The translations under genes and the position numbers were made by a program. A stretch of 32,000 bases of DNA from Akkermansia muciniphila ATCC BAA-835 (lineage in GTDB: Bacteria; Verrucomicrobiota; Verrucomicrobiia; Verrucomicrobiales; Akkermansiaceae). Below the pieces are notes generated by a model. The model had not been told where the DNA came from. It saw only the letters and a list, made by a program, of their open reading frames with translations, and did not search any database. This document shows, piece by piece, positions 24,003 through 32,000 of the stretch. Where the stretch lies: contig NC_010655.1 in NCBI RefSeq assembly GCF_000020225.1, positions 660,001 through 692,000 of the forward strand, written 5' to 3'. Each line of letters opens with the position of its first letter. The first letter of the stretch is position 1.

Positions 24003-24053
24003 GAAGAAGGAAAAGGAAAAAACGGCGGAAAAAGAAGACGGAAAGAAAAGCGG
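24003..24053. repeat. Polypurine/polypyrimidine tract (47 of 51 nt are purines on the plus strand)
   Basis: The sequence is gaagaaggaaaaggaaaaaacggcggaaaaagaagacggaaagaaaagcgg, counted directly. It lies in the divergent intergenic region between the L,D-transpeptidase and YdeI-family genes. Confidence 0.9.
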
Positions 24054-24179
24054 TTCCTGAGAAAGGCGCCCTTCCCGAAGCTGTCCCCGGTTAGAAGCCA
24101 TGTCTGTGCTGGAAATGCAGGCTCCGGAGAAGTATTATCGGCCCTCAGAACATCAGCGGAAGACCGACCTATAAACGCC

Positions 24180-24749
24180 ATGGAAATAAGCAACCTTCTT
24201 CCCATCACTACACGGAAGGAATTAAGAATATGGCTGGAAAACAACCACCTCACTTCCTCCTGCTGCTGGGTTCTCACAACGAGGAAACCTTCCCCACATG
24301 CCCTCCTTTACCTGGATGCCGTGGAGGAAGCCCTGTGCTTCGGATGGATTGACAGCACCCGCAAGAAGACGGCCTCCGGTTTCCTGGCCCAGCGTCTCAC
24401 TCCCCGATCCAGAAAGAGTAAATGGTCCGAACTGAACAAGGAACGCGTCCGCCGCCTGGCCAGGCTGGGACTAATGACGCCCCACGGCGAAAAATGTCTG
24501 CCGGAAATGAATCCGGAAGCGTTCCGTATTGACCCATATATTTTACAGCTCCTTCAACAGGATCCGCTTATTTACGCCAATTTTCTGGCGTTTCCCCGGC
24601 TATACCGCCATGTGCGCCTGGATACCATTCAAATTAAAAAAAACCAGCCGGAACTGTTCCGCAAGCGCCTGGAAAAATTTCTGGAGAATACCCGTGAAAA
24701 CAGGATGTACGGAGAATGGCACGACGGAGGACGGCTGCTGGAAAAGTAG
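24180..24749 (+). CDS. YdeI/OmpD-associated (OmdA) family protein
   Basis: Contains ELRIWLENNH, CWVL, AVEEALCFGWIDSTRKK and RLTPRSRKSKWSELNKERV, the conserved core of the YdeI 'bacteriocin-protection' family. Confidence 0.8.
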   Translation: MEISNLLPITTRKELRIWLENNHLTSSCCWVLTTRKPSPHALLYLDAVEEALCFGWIDSTRKKTASGFLAQRLTPRSRKSKWSELNKERVRRLARLGLMTPHGEKCLPEMNPEAFRIDPYILQLLQQDPLIYANFLAFPRLYRHVRLDTIQIKKNQPELFRKRLEKFLENTRENRMYGEWHDGGRLLEK

Positions 24750-24888
24750 ACGCCAAGCTCCCGCCATTTCCCTGCCGGACGAGCCCTGACGTTACCAGGC
24801 CGCTCTGGAGTTGTTCCGGAACGGCTCTGGAGGGTCAGGAGGAAGGCCTTTCGGGGGTGGGGGGCCTCTCCTTGTGTTTTCTTTCTTG

Positions 24889-27800
24889 TTAGAAGTCGTG
24901 GCGGTAGCCGATGCTTCCGTTCAGCGCGCTGGACCCGTCACGGATGTCCGCGTTCCCGTTCACGTAGATGGTTCCCTTCGTTCCCACCGGCACGCTCAGT
25001 CCGGCTCCCAGCTGCAGCGCCGTCGTTCCCACTTTCGCCCCCCTCACGCTTTGCGCGAAGCCGGGGTTGCCCAGCAGAGAGACGTTCGTTTCCCCTCTCC
25101 GGTCTCCCAGGTCCTGCGCCGCGTTTACTCGGATTTCCGCCAGCGCTTCTCGTCCGAAGATGTTGCTGCCCACCAGGCCCATCCACCGGCCGCCCAGCGC
25201 CAGCGTCCCCGTCGTCCAGTCCTGCCTGCCGACGTTCAGGCCCGCGTTGCCCGCACCCGTTTCCTCATAGCCGTCCATCCGCGTCGTCACCACCGAGGCG
25301 TTGAACAGCGGCTGCAGCACGCTGCTGCGGTTTTCGTTGAGGTATACGTCGTAGGTGAGTTCATACATCGCTCCAAAGCCCCACCCGCTGGTGCTTCCCT
25401 GCGTCCCGTAGCTTCCTTCCCCGTAGTTGACCGTACGGTTGAGTTTCGCGTCGTTCCACCCTCCCGTCAGGATGAGCGTGTGCGCCCAGCGCCTGTCCTG
25501 GTAGCGGCCGAAGAGGCTGGCGTAGTAGCTGTCCAGGTGCCCGTCGGCGCTGTCCGCCGCGCCGGCCGTCAGGTCGCCGTAGCTGGCCGTGAAGGCCGCT
25601 CCCACTGTGAGGCGGTCGCTGAGGTCCGCGTCCACGCCTACCGTACCTCCCCAGGTGGTGAGCTGGTAGCCGCTTTCATCCCCGCGGGTGTCCAGTTTGG
25701 CGTAGGAGCCCGTGCCTTCCATCCACATGTGGAAGCGGGGGAGGTCGTCGTTGACGTAGGCCGGGTTGACGCCCATGAGGGTGGTCCGGTTCCTGATCCA
25801 GCCCATCTGGTCGCGCAGGGCGTCCCTCTGCGCCGTCCCAAGCGCGTTGACCGTGCTCCCAGCCATTGCTGCCAGGGAACGCCTGGCGGCGGAAGGATTA
25901 TTGAGCATATCGTTATTGAGGGCGCCCAGGAAATCCGTGACGGCCTGGTCTATGGAACCATGCCTGGCAGCATCCCAAAGCAGATTGGCGCCCGCCATGG
26001 AATTGGCCGTGTCCGCTACGCCGGCATAGATATTGTCCGTCTGTTCTTCCGCTTTCAGAACCACCTTATCTCCTTCCTGCACCAGATGGGCATTCTTGTA
26101 ATAGGTGAGGAAAAGGCCTCCGACCGTCAGCGTATTTTCTCCCAGGTCAATCGTTCCGTTGCCGGTGAGTTCCATCAGCGTAAGTTCCATCGGATTGCCC
26201 GATTTCCAGGTGATATTGACATCCGGGATTGAGGTGACATGGAAAGAGGCGCCATCTTCAATGACAACGTCGCCGGAGACCTCAATGAAGCTGGCGGTCA
26301 TGTCGGCATCAGTATTCAAGGTGAAGGTGGTGGCGGATCCGCTGCTGAAGGAAGCGTTCTCTACGCTCAGAGTGGTATTGACCGCCGTCAGGGAGTTGTC
26401 GCTGGCCTGGATGGTCAGGTTGCCGCTGTTGACCAGATTGCCGTAACTGAGACGGGCTCCGTCCACATCCGCCTTGCCCTGGAGAACCAGATTCCCTCCG
26501 CTGATTGTCAGACCGGTATCCGCGCCGGAGCTGCGCAAAACCTGCGTTCCCGCTCCGGAAACATCCAGCGTTCCTTCTCCCAGCGTTCCTTCATATGTAT
26601 GCGTCTGGCCGGAAGCCGCCTGAATTTGCAGAGTCTGCCCATTCAGTTCCAAGGAACCGGAGCCGTTCAGTCCGCCGGCAGAGCCGTCTGCCTCCAGGCT
26701 CAGGGAACCGCCCAGATCCAGCACCACGCCGGAAAGCGTACTGTCCGCAGCCAGCCCCAAAGAGGCGCCTTCCGCAATAGCCAGCGTACCGGTTCCGGCA
26801 ATTTCCGTATGGGAAAGGCCGTCGGTAGCGCCTGTCAGCGTCAATGTTCCGGAAGAAGCGATATCCAGCTTTCCGCCGTTGTCGCCGCCTGCCAGCGTCC
26901 GGGCCGTCGCGCGGCCTCCTACTCCAATCACCGCAGGGGAGTCCGCATCCGCGGAATTAAGATGCAGAGCTTCCACGTCAGCCGTGCCGTTAAGCTGAAG
27001 CGTTCCTTCTTCCGCAATGATATCCCCGGCCAGCGTCACATTCCCGGACAGGGTGAGTTTGTTCGCTCCCGTTTTGACGAGGTCCGTGTTGGCCGCAGCA
27101 CCGTTCAGGCCGCTGATGTCCCCGGCAAAAGAGGTATCCACTCCCATGCCTTCATGGAAGAGGTTGTTTTGAAGTTCGATGCTTCCCTTATCCTCCGCCG
27201 TATTGGTGACAATCAGGTTGCCCGTGCCCGTCTGGCCCGGGCCAGTTCCCGGTGCGGTCAGGTTTTTGATCACCATGGAGCCGTCCGACTGGACATAAAG
27301 GTCCTGGTCCACAATGACGGCCTGGTAGAAATTGAGAGACTGGTCCGTGACCGGATTGTCCGCGCTGCCCGTACCATCCACGGAAGACACGTAAACCAGG
27401 TCCGTATCACCGGAGAGGACGATGCTGCCTCCGTTGACGCCCACGATGCCGAAGCCCAGCGCAGCAAAAAGCGGGTTAGCCGTCATGTGGCTCTTAAGCG
27501 TTTCAAGATCCTGTGCAAAACCGCCATTGGTCAGAAGTATCTCCAGATTTCCGCCCGCCGTTTTCATGGCATCCATAACGCTGGTGAGGTCCAGCGTAAG
27601 CGTGGAGCCGTCTCCAAAGGAGATGCTGCCCAGATTATCCCCCGTGCCCTCAAACTGAATCAGAAAGTCCTCTCCCGAGAAGGGGTCTCCGGAAATATTG
27701 CCCGCTCCCACTGCAAGACTGCTGTCCGTGCCGTTCACCGTCCAGATGGAACCCTGCTTGAGTCCGGTGAGCTGCGTTCCGGCAGAAGCGGTGACAACTG

Positions 27801-30800
27801 ACCCCAGCCCGGCGGCATCCAGATCTCCCAGGGCAATATTGCCGGAATCGGCAATCGCATTGACATGGACCTTGTTTGTATCCGTTCCCGCGTAGCTTCC
27901 GGCGTTCGCCAGCGCTCCGGACTGAATAAGGATATTAGTAGCGGCGGCCGCTCCGGAAAGGTCCAGCGTGCCCTTGGCCAGCGTCAGCGTCCCCGTCAGG
28001 CCGTTGGCACGGTCCCCCACTGCAAAAGAGCCGGAAGTGCTGACCGTAAGATTGCCTGCTCCGGCAATGGTTCCGGCCCAGGCGGCGTTGTCCCCGGTTC
28101 CGTCGCCCAGCTGGACAGAGGAATTCTGGGCAATATTCAACTCTCCCGTGGTCGTATTCGCCCCGGTAAGAATCAGCTTGTCGCTTCCCTGAACGCTCAG
28201 GGAGGCCGTATCAATCACATTCCCGGCATAAAGCAGGTTCCCTGCCGTACCCGTGTAGTTGACGCGGTAGGTTCCGGTTCCTCCCAGGGAAACTGCCTTG
28301 ATGAATTCGCCCGTATTCAGCGTGGACGCCGCACCGCCGTTGCCAAAGGAAAGGATGGCATTCCCACGGCCGGAATGCACCGTTCCCGCAAAACCGGTGA
28401 GATCCCCCGTAAAAATGGCCGTCAGAGTCGGGTCACCGGCCGCCGTTACTCCCAGGTTGGCGTCCGCCTCGCCCGTCAGGCTTCCCGCCAGGACCAGCGT
28501 CTGGTTGGAACTGCCGTTCAGCCATCCCCCAGCGGCCATCACATGGATATCGGCATTAACGGGATCGGCGGCGGAATTAACAAAAAAGCCGCGCCCATCC
28601 AGTTCCAATCTGGCGCTGCCGATTGCAGCGGCATTGGCAAAGCCGACTTCATTCCACGCAGCATTGGTGCCGTTGCCCGCCAGTCTCATGGTACCGGTAA
28701 AGCCGCTGTTGTCTCCGGTAACGGAATAGCGGCCGCCGCCGGGGAAGGTACCTCCTTCCTTCTTACCGAGGACCAGCGTTCCGGCTCCGGTAATGCGGCC
28801 TGACAGAGTATCCGTATTTACGGAGTTATGGGCACGGTTGTCCTGTATCTGGAGAGTCGCGTTTTCAGCGATGGAAATGTTTCCGCTCCAGGTTCGCGTA
28901 ACGCCGTTGTCTCCGATGTTATAGAACAGAGTCCCTCCGCTTACGGTGATGGATCCGGCAAAGATTCCTCCTTGTATTGTATTGATAGTCAGCAGGCCGT
29001 CTCCAAGCTTGACGATATCCTTATCTCCCAGTTCCTGGGTGTATGCAGCCCAAGACACATGATTGCCGTTCGTATTCACTCGGATGGCATTTGTGCTGGC
29101 GGCTGAATCAATGAGCCCGGAAATATCCTGCGTGGCCCCCGTTCCATATGTGAAGGTACCCCCTCCAAAAACAATCTTGTTGGCCGCTACCAGCCCCAGC
29201 GTTCCTTCCGTCGTGCCTGCCGTATTCAGCACCAGTTCCCCCCCGTTCAGCGTCACCGTACCGGTGCCCAGCCCCTGGACGGCATTGAGGTTGAGGGTAC
29301 CGGCCATAATGGTCGTGCCGCCGGAGAACGTATTTGTTCCAGTATTTTCAATGGTCAGCACCCCCTCTCCCCGTTTAATGAGGGACATCGGATCTGCTCC
29401 GTCCACAAGAGCCCCTGTTCCCGTGAACGTGTAGGCCGTTTCTCCATTGTTGACCGTAAGACGCGCGGAAGAAACATTCCCTTCTATGGTGACGGCAGAG
29501 GCGGATATGCCAGCCAGATCTTCAAAATTGGCGGATTTGGCGGCGTCATAAACGACTGCCGTCCCATCCTTGTCCAGCCAGACGGCAGAACCTCCTGCCG
29601 CCGTCCAGATACCCGCATTTCCTCCGTTCCAGTTGAGGGCTTCTCCCAACGCCTTGACTCGCAGGTAAAGAGTGTTTCCGGACAACTCCAGGGCGTAGGT
29701 ATAATCTTCGGAAAGGCCGCTGGAATCAAAAGAAAAATTGCTGGCCGTCAACGTACCGAAACTGCCCGCCGTAATCAGCCTGTAGTCATTTTCCATCGTC
29801 TGGTCCACCCCGCTGATCGCCAGGGTCAGCGTGCCTTCCGTATTAAAGGAGAGCGTGCCTCCCGACTGGATGACGGCGGAGCTGGAGGAATTCAGCCCCG
29901 TCAAATCCATCGTCAGAACGGAAGACGGGGAAAGAGCCATATTGCCCGCAGAGGTAAGACGGGCTCCGGAGCCCATCGTAATGGAGTTGCCGAAGGCCAC
30001 TCCGCCGGCAAGCCCGAAACTGAGCTCCCCAGAGGAAACTGTCAGCGCATTCGCAAATCCGGTGGAAGAACTGAGCGTGAGCTTGCCCGCTCCGCTCTTG
30101 GTAAAAGCACTACGGCCATCCAGCACCGTTGCGTTGGCAATAACGGCATCCGTCCCTTCTCCAGCGGAAATTTCGTCAAACCCGGAAATGGAGGCGTTCG
30201 TGAACATGTCCGCGCGCGTCACTCCGTTCAAATTCAACACGCTTCTGGTAACCGTATCCCCCCGGCCCTGGCCGGAAAGAGTTGTCGTTCCGGTAAAAAT
30301 GGCGTCATTGCCCGTAATGGTCACGTTGGCCAAAGCCGTAGTCAGGGCAGTGCCATTGACCTTCTGGCCGCCCGCATAAATGGAAACATTATTGAACGTC
30401 CCTCCGCTGATGGAAAGATTGGCTTCCCCAATCGTCAACGCGGAACTGGTATTGTTGCGTTCCACATAAGTGCCCAGGGATATTTGAGCTCCATCAAATG
30501 TGCCGCCCGTAATTGTTATATTGGTGGAACCGATATTCCCGGTAAGGGCGGCGGTAGCGGTTCCGTTAATATAGGAGCCGCCCCAGATTTGTCCCGTATA
30601 TGTCCCGGACTTGAAAGTCAAATTGGTGGAACCTGTAATATTCAACGTGCTCTCCCCCGTTTCCACCCAGCTTCCCCCCGCAATCATGGCCGCCACGGTG
30701 CCGCTGCCCAAGTCCAGCGTCATATTGGTATCCGCCAGGTTCCAGGCAGACGTGCTTAAACGGGCGCCCGCAAAGATTTTCTTGGTCCCGTCTCCGGAAA

Positions 30801-31797
30801 AAACAGCTCCCGTGATCGTTGTCGCCACGCCCTGCGAAAATAAACTCTGAGCAAAAGTCCCCCCGGTGATTTCCACGGAAGCGGACGAATGCTCCGCAAT
30901 ATTTGCGGCAGAACCTGAGGATGTCGCATCGGACAGGCCATATACATTCGCGTTGTACTGGCCTCCCGTAATGCTCAACCTGGCCGTACAGGCATTCGTT
31001 CCATCTCCCAACTGCACTTGGCCTCTTCCCAGAAGGGCGACGGAGCCGTTAAAAGTTCCCCCGTCCAGATTCAGGGAGACATTGCCGACGATGGTCGATT
31101 TCTGCCCCGCCCCGCGTGTCGTTCCAGCCGTTACCAGCTGGGCGAAGGTCCCGCCGTCAATGGTGAATGTCACATCCCCCGTGTGGCGGAAGGATTCCTG
31201 CCCCAGCCCTATGCACCAGCTGGAACTGGGGTTGGAGACAGAAATTCCGGCCCATTCCCCGCCATGAATGTTGACGGTATATGTCCCCGTCGTCTGGTAG
31301 GCATCATTTTTGTTTCCATCCCCCACCAGGGAAAAACCATTAATCGTGCCGGCATTCCGGTCTACATTGAGGGTAATGTCGGCGGACACAATCCGGTCCT
31401 GGTTGCTCCACCCCATCAACTGGGCATTTGTATTCAACAGGGATGCACCTTCCCCGATATTGATTACAAAGGAATTGGTTCCTCCGATGGTGACGCCGGA
31501 GGCAGTACCCGCAATATTCCATAATTGCAGTTTTGTATAGGTTCCTCCCTCCAGATTGAGAACCCGGTTATAGCCGTCTTCATAGGTCCCGCTTGCCGTA
31601 ATATCCGTTAGATAAATATCGCCGGGAGAATCCGCCTGAGTCACGGGATCCCCTTCCGGAGGCGTAATCGTGTATTGGCCGTCGGCAAAGGAAATCGTCG
31701 TATCTCCATTGCCCGTCAACGTATAATCAGACCATGACGGAGAAATGAAACAGGCCAGAAGAGCGGATAAAAGAACAAGGGGCAAGCGCGGTCGCAT
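24889..31797 (-). CDS. Giant type Va autotransporter (2302 aa): signal peptide, roughly 2000-aa beta-helical passenger with repeated autotransporter-associated beta-strand (PATR-like) units, and a C-terminal outer-membrane beta-barrel
   Basis: The signal peptide is MRPRLPLVLLSALLACFISPSWS (31729-31797). The passenger is Gly/Thr/Ser/Asn-rich with recurring units such as KSGAGKLTLSS.., KRGEGVLTIENTGTNTFSGGTTIMAGTLNL and KTGANKLTLSGNVTLAG. The beta-domain runs from RFHMWMEGTGSYAKLD (about 25737) to the terminal GYRHDF (24892), ending in an aromatic residue. Confidence 0.93.
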   Translation of the reverse strand: MRPRLPLVLLSALLACFISPSWSDYTLTGNGDTTISFADGQYTITPPEGDPVTQADSPGDIYLTDITASGTYEDGYNRVLNLEGGTYTKLQLWNIAGTASGVTIGGTNSFVINIGEGASLLNTNAQLMGWSNQDRIVSADITLNVDRNAGTINGFSLVGDGNKNDAYQTTGTYTVNIHGGEWAGISVSNPSSSWCIGLGQESFRHTGDVTFTIDGGTFAQLVTAGTTRGAGQKSTIVGNVSLNLDGGTFNGSVALLGRGQVQLGDGTNACTARLSITGGQYNANVYGLSDATSSGSAANIAEHSSASVEITGGTFAQSLFSQGVATTITGAVFSGDGTKKIFAGARLSTSAWNLADTNMTLDLGSGTVAAMIAGGSWVETGESTLNITGSTNLTFKSGTYTGQIWGGSYINGTATAALTGNIGSTNITITGGTFDGAQISLGTYVERNNTSSALTIGEANLSISGGTFNNVSIYAGGQKVNGTALTTALANVTITGNDAIFTGTTTLSGQGRGDTVTRSVLNLNGVTRADMFTNASISGFDEISAGEGTDAVIANATVLDGRSAFTKSGAGKLTLSSSTGFANALTVSSGELSFGLAGGVAFGNSITMGSGARLTSAGNMALSPSSVLTMDLTGLNSSSSAVIQSGGTLSFNTEGTLTLAISGVDQTMENDYRLITAGSFGTLTASNFSFDSSGLSEDYTYALELSGNTLYLRVKALGEALNWNGGNAGIWTAAGGSAVWLDKDGTAVVYDAAKSANFEDLAGISASAVTIEGNVSSARLTVNNGETAYTFTGTGALVDGADPMSLIKRGEGVLTIENTGTNTFSGGTTIMAGTLNLNAVQGLGTGTVTLNGGELVLNTAGTTEGTLGLVAANKIVFGGGTFTYGTGATQDISGLIDSAASTNAIRVNTNGNHVSWAAYTQELGDKDIVKLGDGLLTINTIQGGIFAGSITVSGGTLFYNIGDNGVTRTWSGNISIAENATLQIQDNRAHNSVNTDTLSGRITGAGTLVLGKKEGGTFPGGGRYSVTGDNSGFTGTMRLAGNGTNAAWNEVGFANAAAIGSARLELDGRGFFVNSAADPVNADIHVMAAGGWLNGSSNQTLVLAGSLTGEADANLGVTAAGDPTLTAIFTGDLTGFAGTVHSGRGNAILSFGNGGAASTLNTGEFIKAVSLGGTGTYRVNYTGTAGNLLYAGNVIDTASLSVQGSDKLILTGANTTTGELNIAQNSSVQLGDGTGDNAAWAGTIAGAGNLTVSTSGSFAVGDRANGLTGTLTLAKGTLDLSGAAAATNILIQSGALANAGSYAGTDTNKVHVNAIADSGNIALGDLDAAGLGSVVTASAGTQLTGLKQGSIWTVNGTDSSLAVGAGNISGDPFSGEDFLIQFEGTGDNLGSISFGDGSTLTLDLTSVMDAMKTAGGNLEILLTNGGFAQDLETLKSHMTANPLFAALGFGIVGVNGGSIVLSGDTDLVYVSSVDGTGSADNPVTDQSLNFYQAVIVDQDLYVQSDGSMVIKNLTAPGTGPGQTGTGNLIVTNTAEDKGSIELQNNLFHEGMGVDTSFAGDISGLNGAAANTDLVKTGANKLTLSGNVTLAGDIIAEEGTLQLNGTADVEALHLNSADADSPAVIGVGGRATARTLAGGDNGGKLDIASSGTLTLTGATDGLSHTEIAGTGTLAIAEGASLGLAADSTLSGVVLDLGGSLSLEADGSAGGLNGSGSLELNGQTLQIQAASGQTHTYEGTLGEGTLDVSGAGTQVLRSSGADTGLTISGGNLVLQGKADVDGARLSYGNLVNSGNLTIQASDNSLTAVNTTLSVENASFSSGSATTFTLNTDADMTASFIEVSGDVVIEDGASFHVTSIPDVNITWKSGNPMELTLMELTGNGTIDLGENTLTVGGLFLTYYKNAHLVQEGDKVVLKAEEQTDNIYAGVADTANSMAGANLLWDAARHGSIDQAVTDFLGALNNDMLNNPSAARRSLAAMAGSTVNALGTAQRDALRDQMGWIRNRTTLMGVNPAYVNDDLPRFHMWMEGTGSYAKLDTRGDESGYQLTTWGGTVGVDADLSDRLTVGAAFTASYGDLTAGAADSADGHLDSYYASLFGRYQDRRWAHTLILTGGWNDAKLNRTVNYGEGSYGTQGSTSGWGFGAMYELTYDVYLNENRSSVLQPLFNASVVTTRMDGYEETGAGNAGLNVGRQDWTTGTLALGGRWMGLVGSNIFGREALAEIRVNAAQDLGDRRGETNVSLLGNPGFAQSVRGAKVGTTALQLGAGLSVPVGTKGTIYVNGNADIRDGSSALNGSIGYRHDF

Positions 31798-32000
31798 AAC
31801 ACTATAACGTATTGATAATGAATAAAATTATTTACAAGACTATATGCTTGTTAATAATTAGCGGATTAGAAATCCGGAGTCAATGACAATTTTTGAGGCC
31901 AAGCCCTTTAGGTGCATGGAACGGCCTGAAAGGGGAAAGAGAGAAAATGGGGGTGTCCGTTTCAAGAATCGGCATTATTAATATTTTAATCATTATCTGG

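Noticed and set aside
23948-24277. A 109-aa minus-strand ORF in the divergent intergenic region, overlapping the YdeI-family start
   Set aside because: It is produced by the polypurine/polypyrimidine tract (an FPPFFPFP-type translation) and overlaps a well-supported gene in antisense.
24811-28803. Three consecutive plus-strand ORFs in the same frame (473, 520 and 312 aa) lying opposite the autotransporter gene
   Set aside because: The minus strand encodes a complete signal peptide, passenger and beta-barrel autotransporter. The plus-strand products are Arg/Gly/Ala/Val-rich with no signal or motif, so they are compositional artefacts.
1-32000. A scan of the whole window for CRISPR arrays, rRNA genes, IS elements, transposases, integrases, phage genes and known defence-system ATPases or nucleases
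   Set aside because: I saw no regularly spaced direct repeats, no transposase, integrase or recombinase motifs, and no rRNA-like sequence. Apart from the low-GC stretch and the entericidin region, the window looks like core chromosome.

Overview
This is a GC-rich bacterial chromosomal segment with tightly packed genes. Several features suggest a mucin-associated Verrucomicrobiota genome, possibly Akkermansia-like: two Cys-type sulfatases, a prepilin-type H-X9-DG protein, a giant autotransporter, and mostly absent Shine-Dalgarno motifs. That taxonomic call is an inference from gene content and was not checked against any database. I support about 24 protein-coding genes and one tRNA. In order they are: a partial sulfatase, rsmB, tpiA, an H-X9-DG pseudopilin-like protein, a polytopic membrane protein, and an arylsulfatase. 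Next come an AT-rich stretch with an orphan membrane protein, tRNA-Lys(UUU), a hotdog thioesterase, comF, a small Trp-rich orphan, mazG, a small HTH-like orphan and rnd. These are followed by a COG1579 zinc-ribbon coiled-coil protein, lpxK, a 1476-aa M16 metallopeptidase with a large C-terminal extension, and an NfeD(YqiJ)-flotillin pair. The window ends with two convergent entericidin-like mini-lipoproteins, meso-DAP dehydrogenase, a YafK-type L,D-transpeptidase, a YdeI-family protein and a 2302-aa autotransporter. I found no rRNA, CRISPR array, transposase, integrase or recognisable phage gene. The most interesting observations are: (1) the M16 peptidase appears fused to a gingipain-like (C25, clan CD) cysteine-peptidase domain; (2) a convergent pair of entericidin-like lipoprotein genes, one below the ORF-track cutoff, flanks a strongly structured spacer; (3) a 14-nt poly-C tract lies in an intergenic region; (4) a roughly 27% GC stretch with a two-TM GAF-like orphan sits next to the 3' end of tRNA-Lys; (5) a promoter plus membrane-anchored small ORF would join the zinc-ribbon gene in frame if a C7 tract lost one base. 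The many long ORFs antisense to recognised genes are compositional shadows and are rejected.
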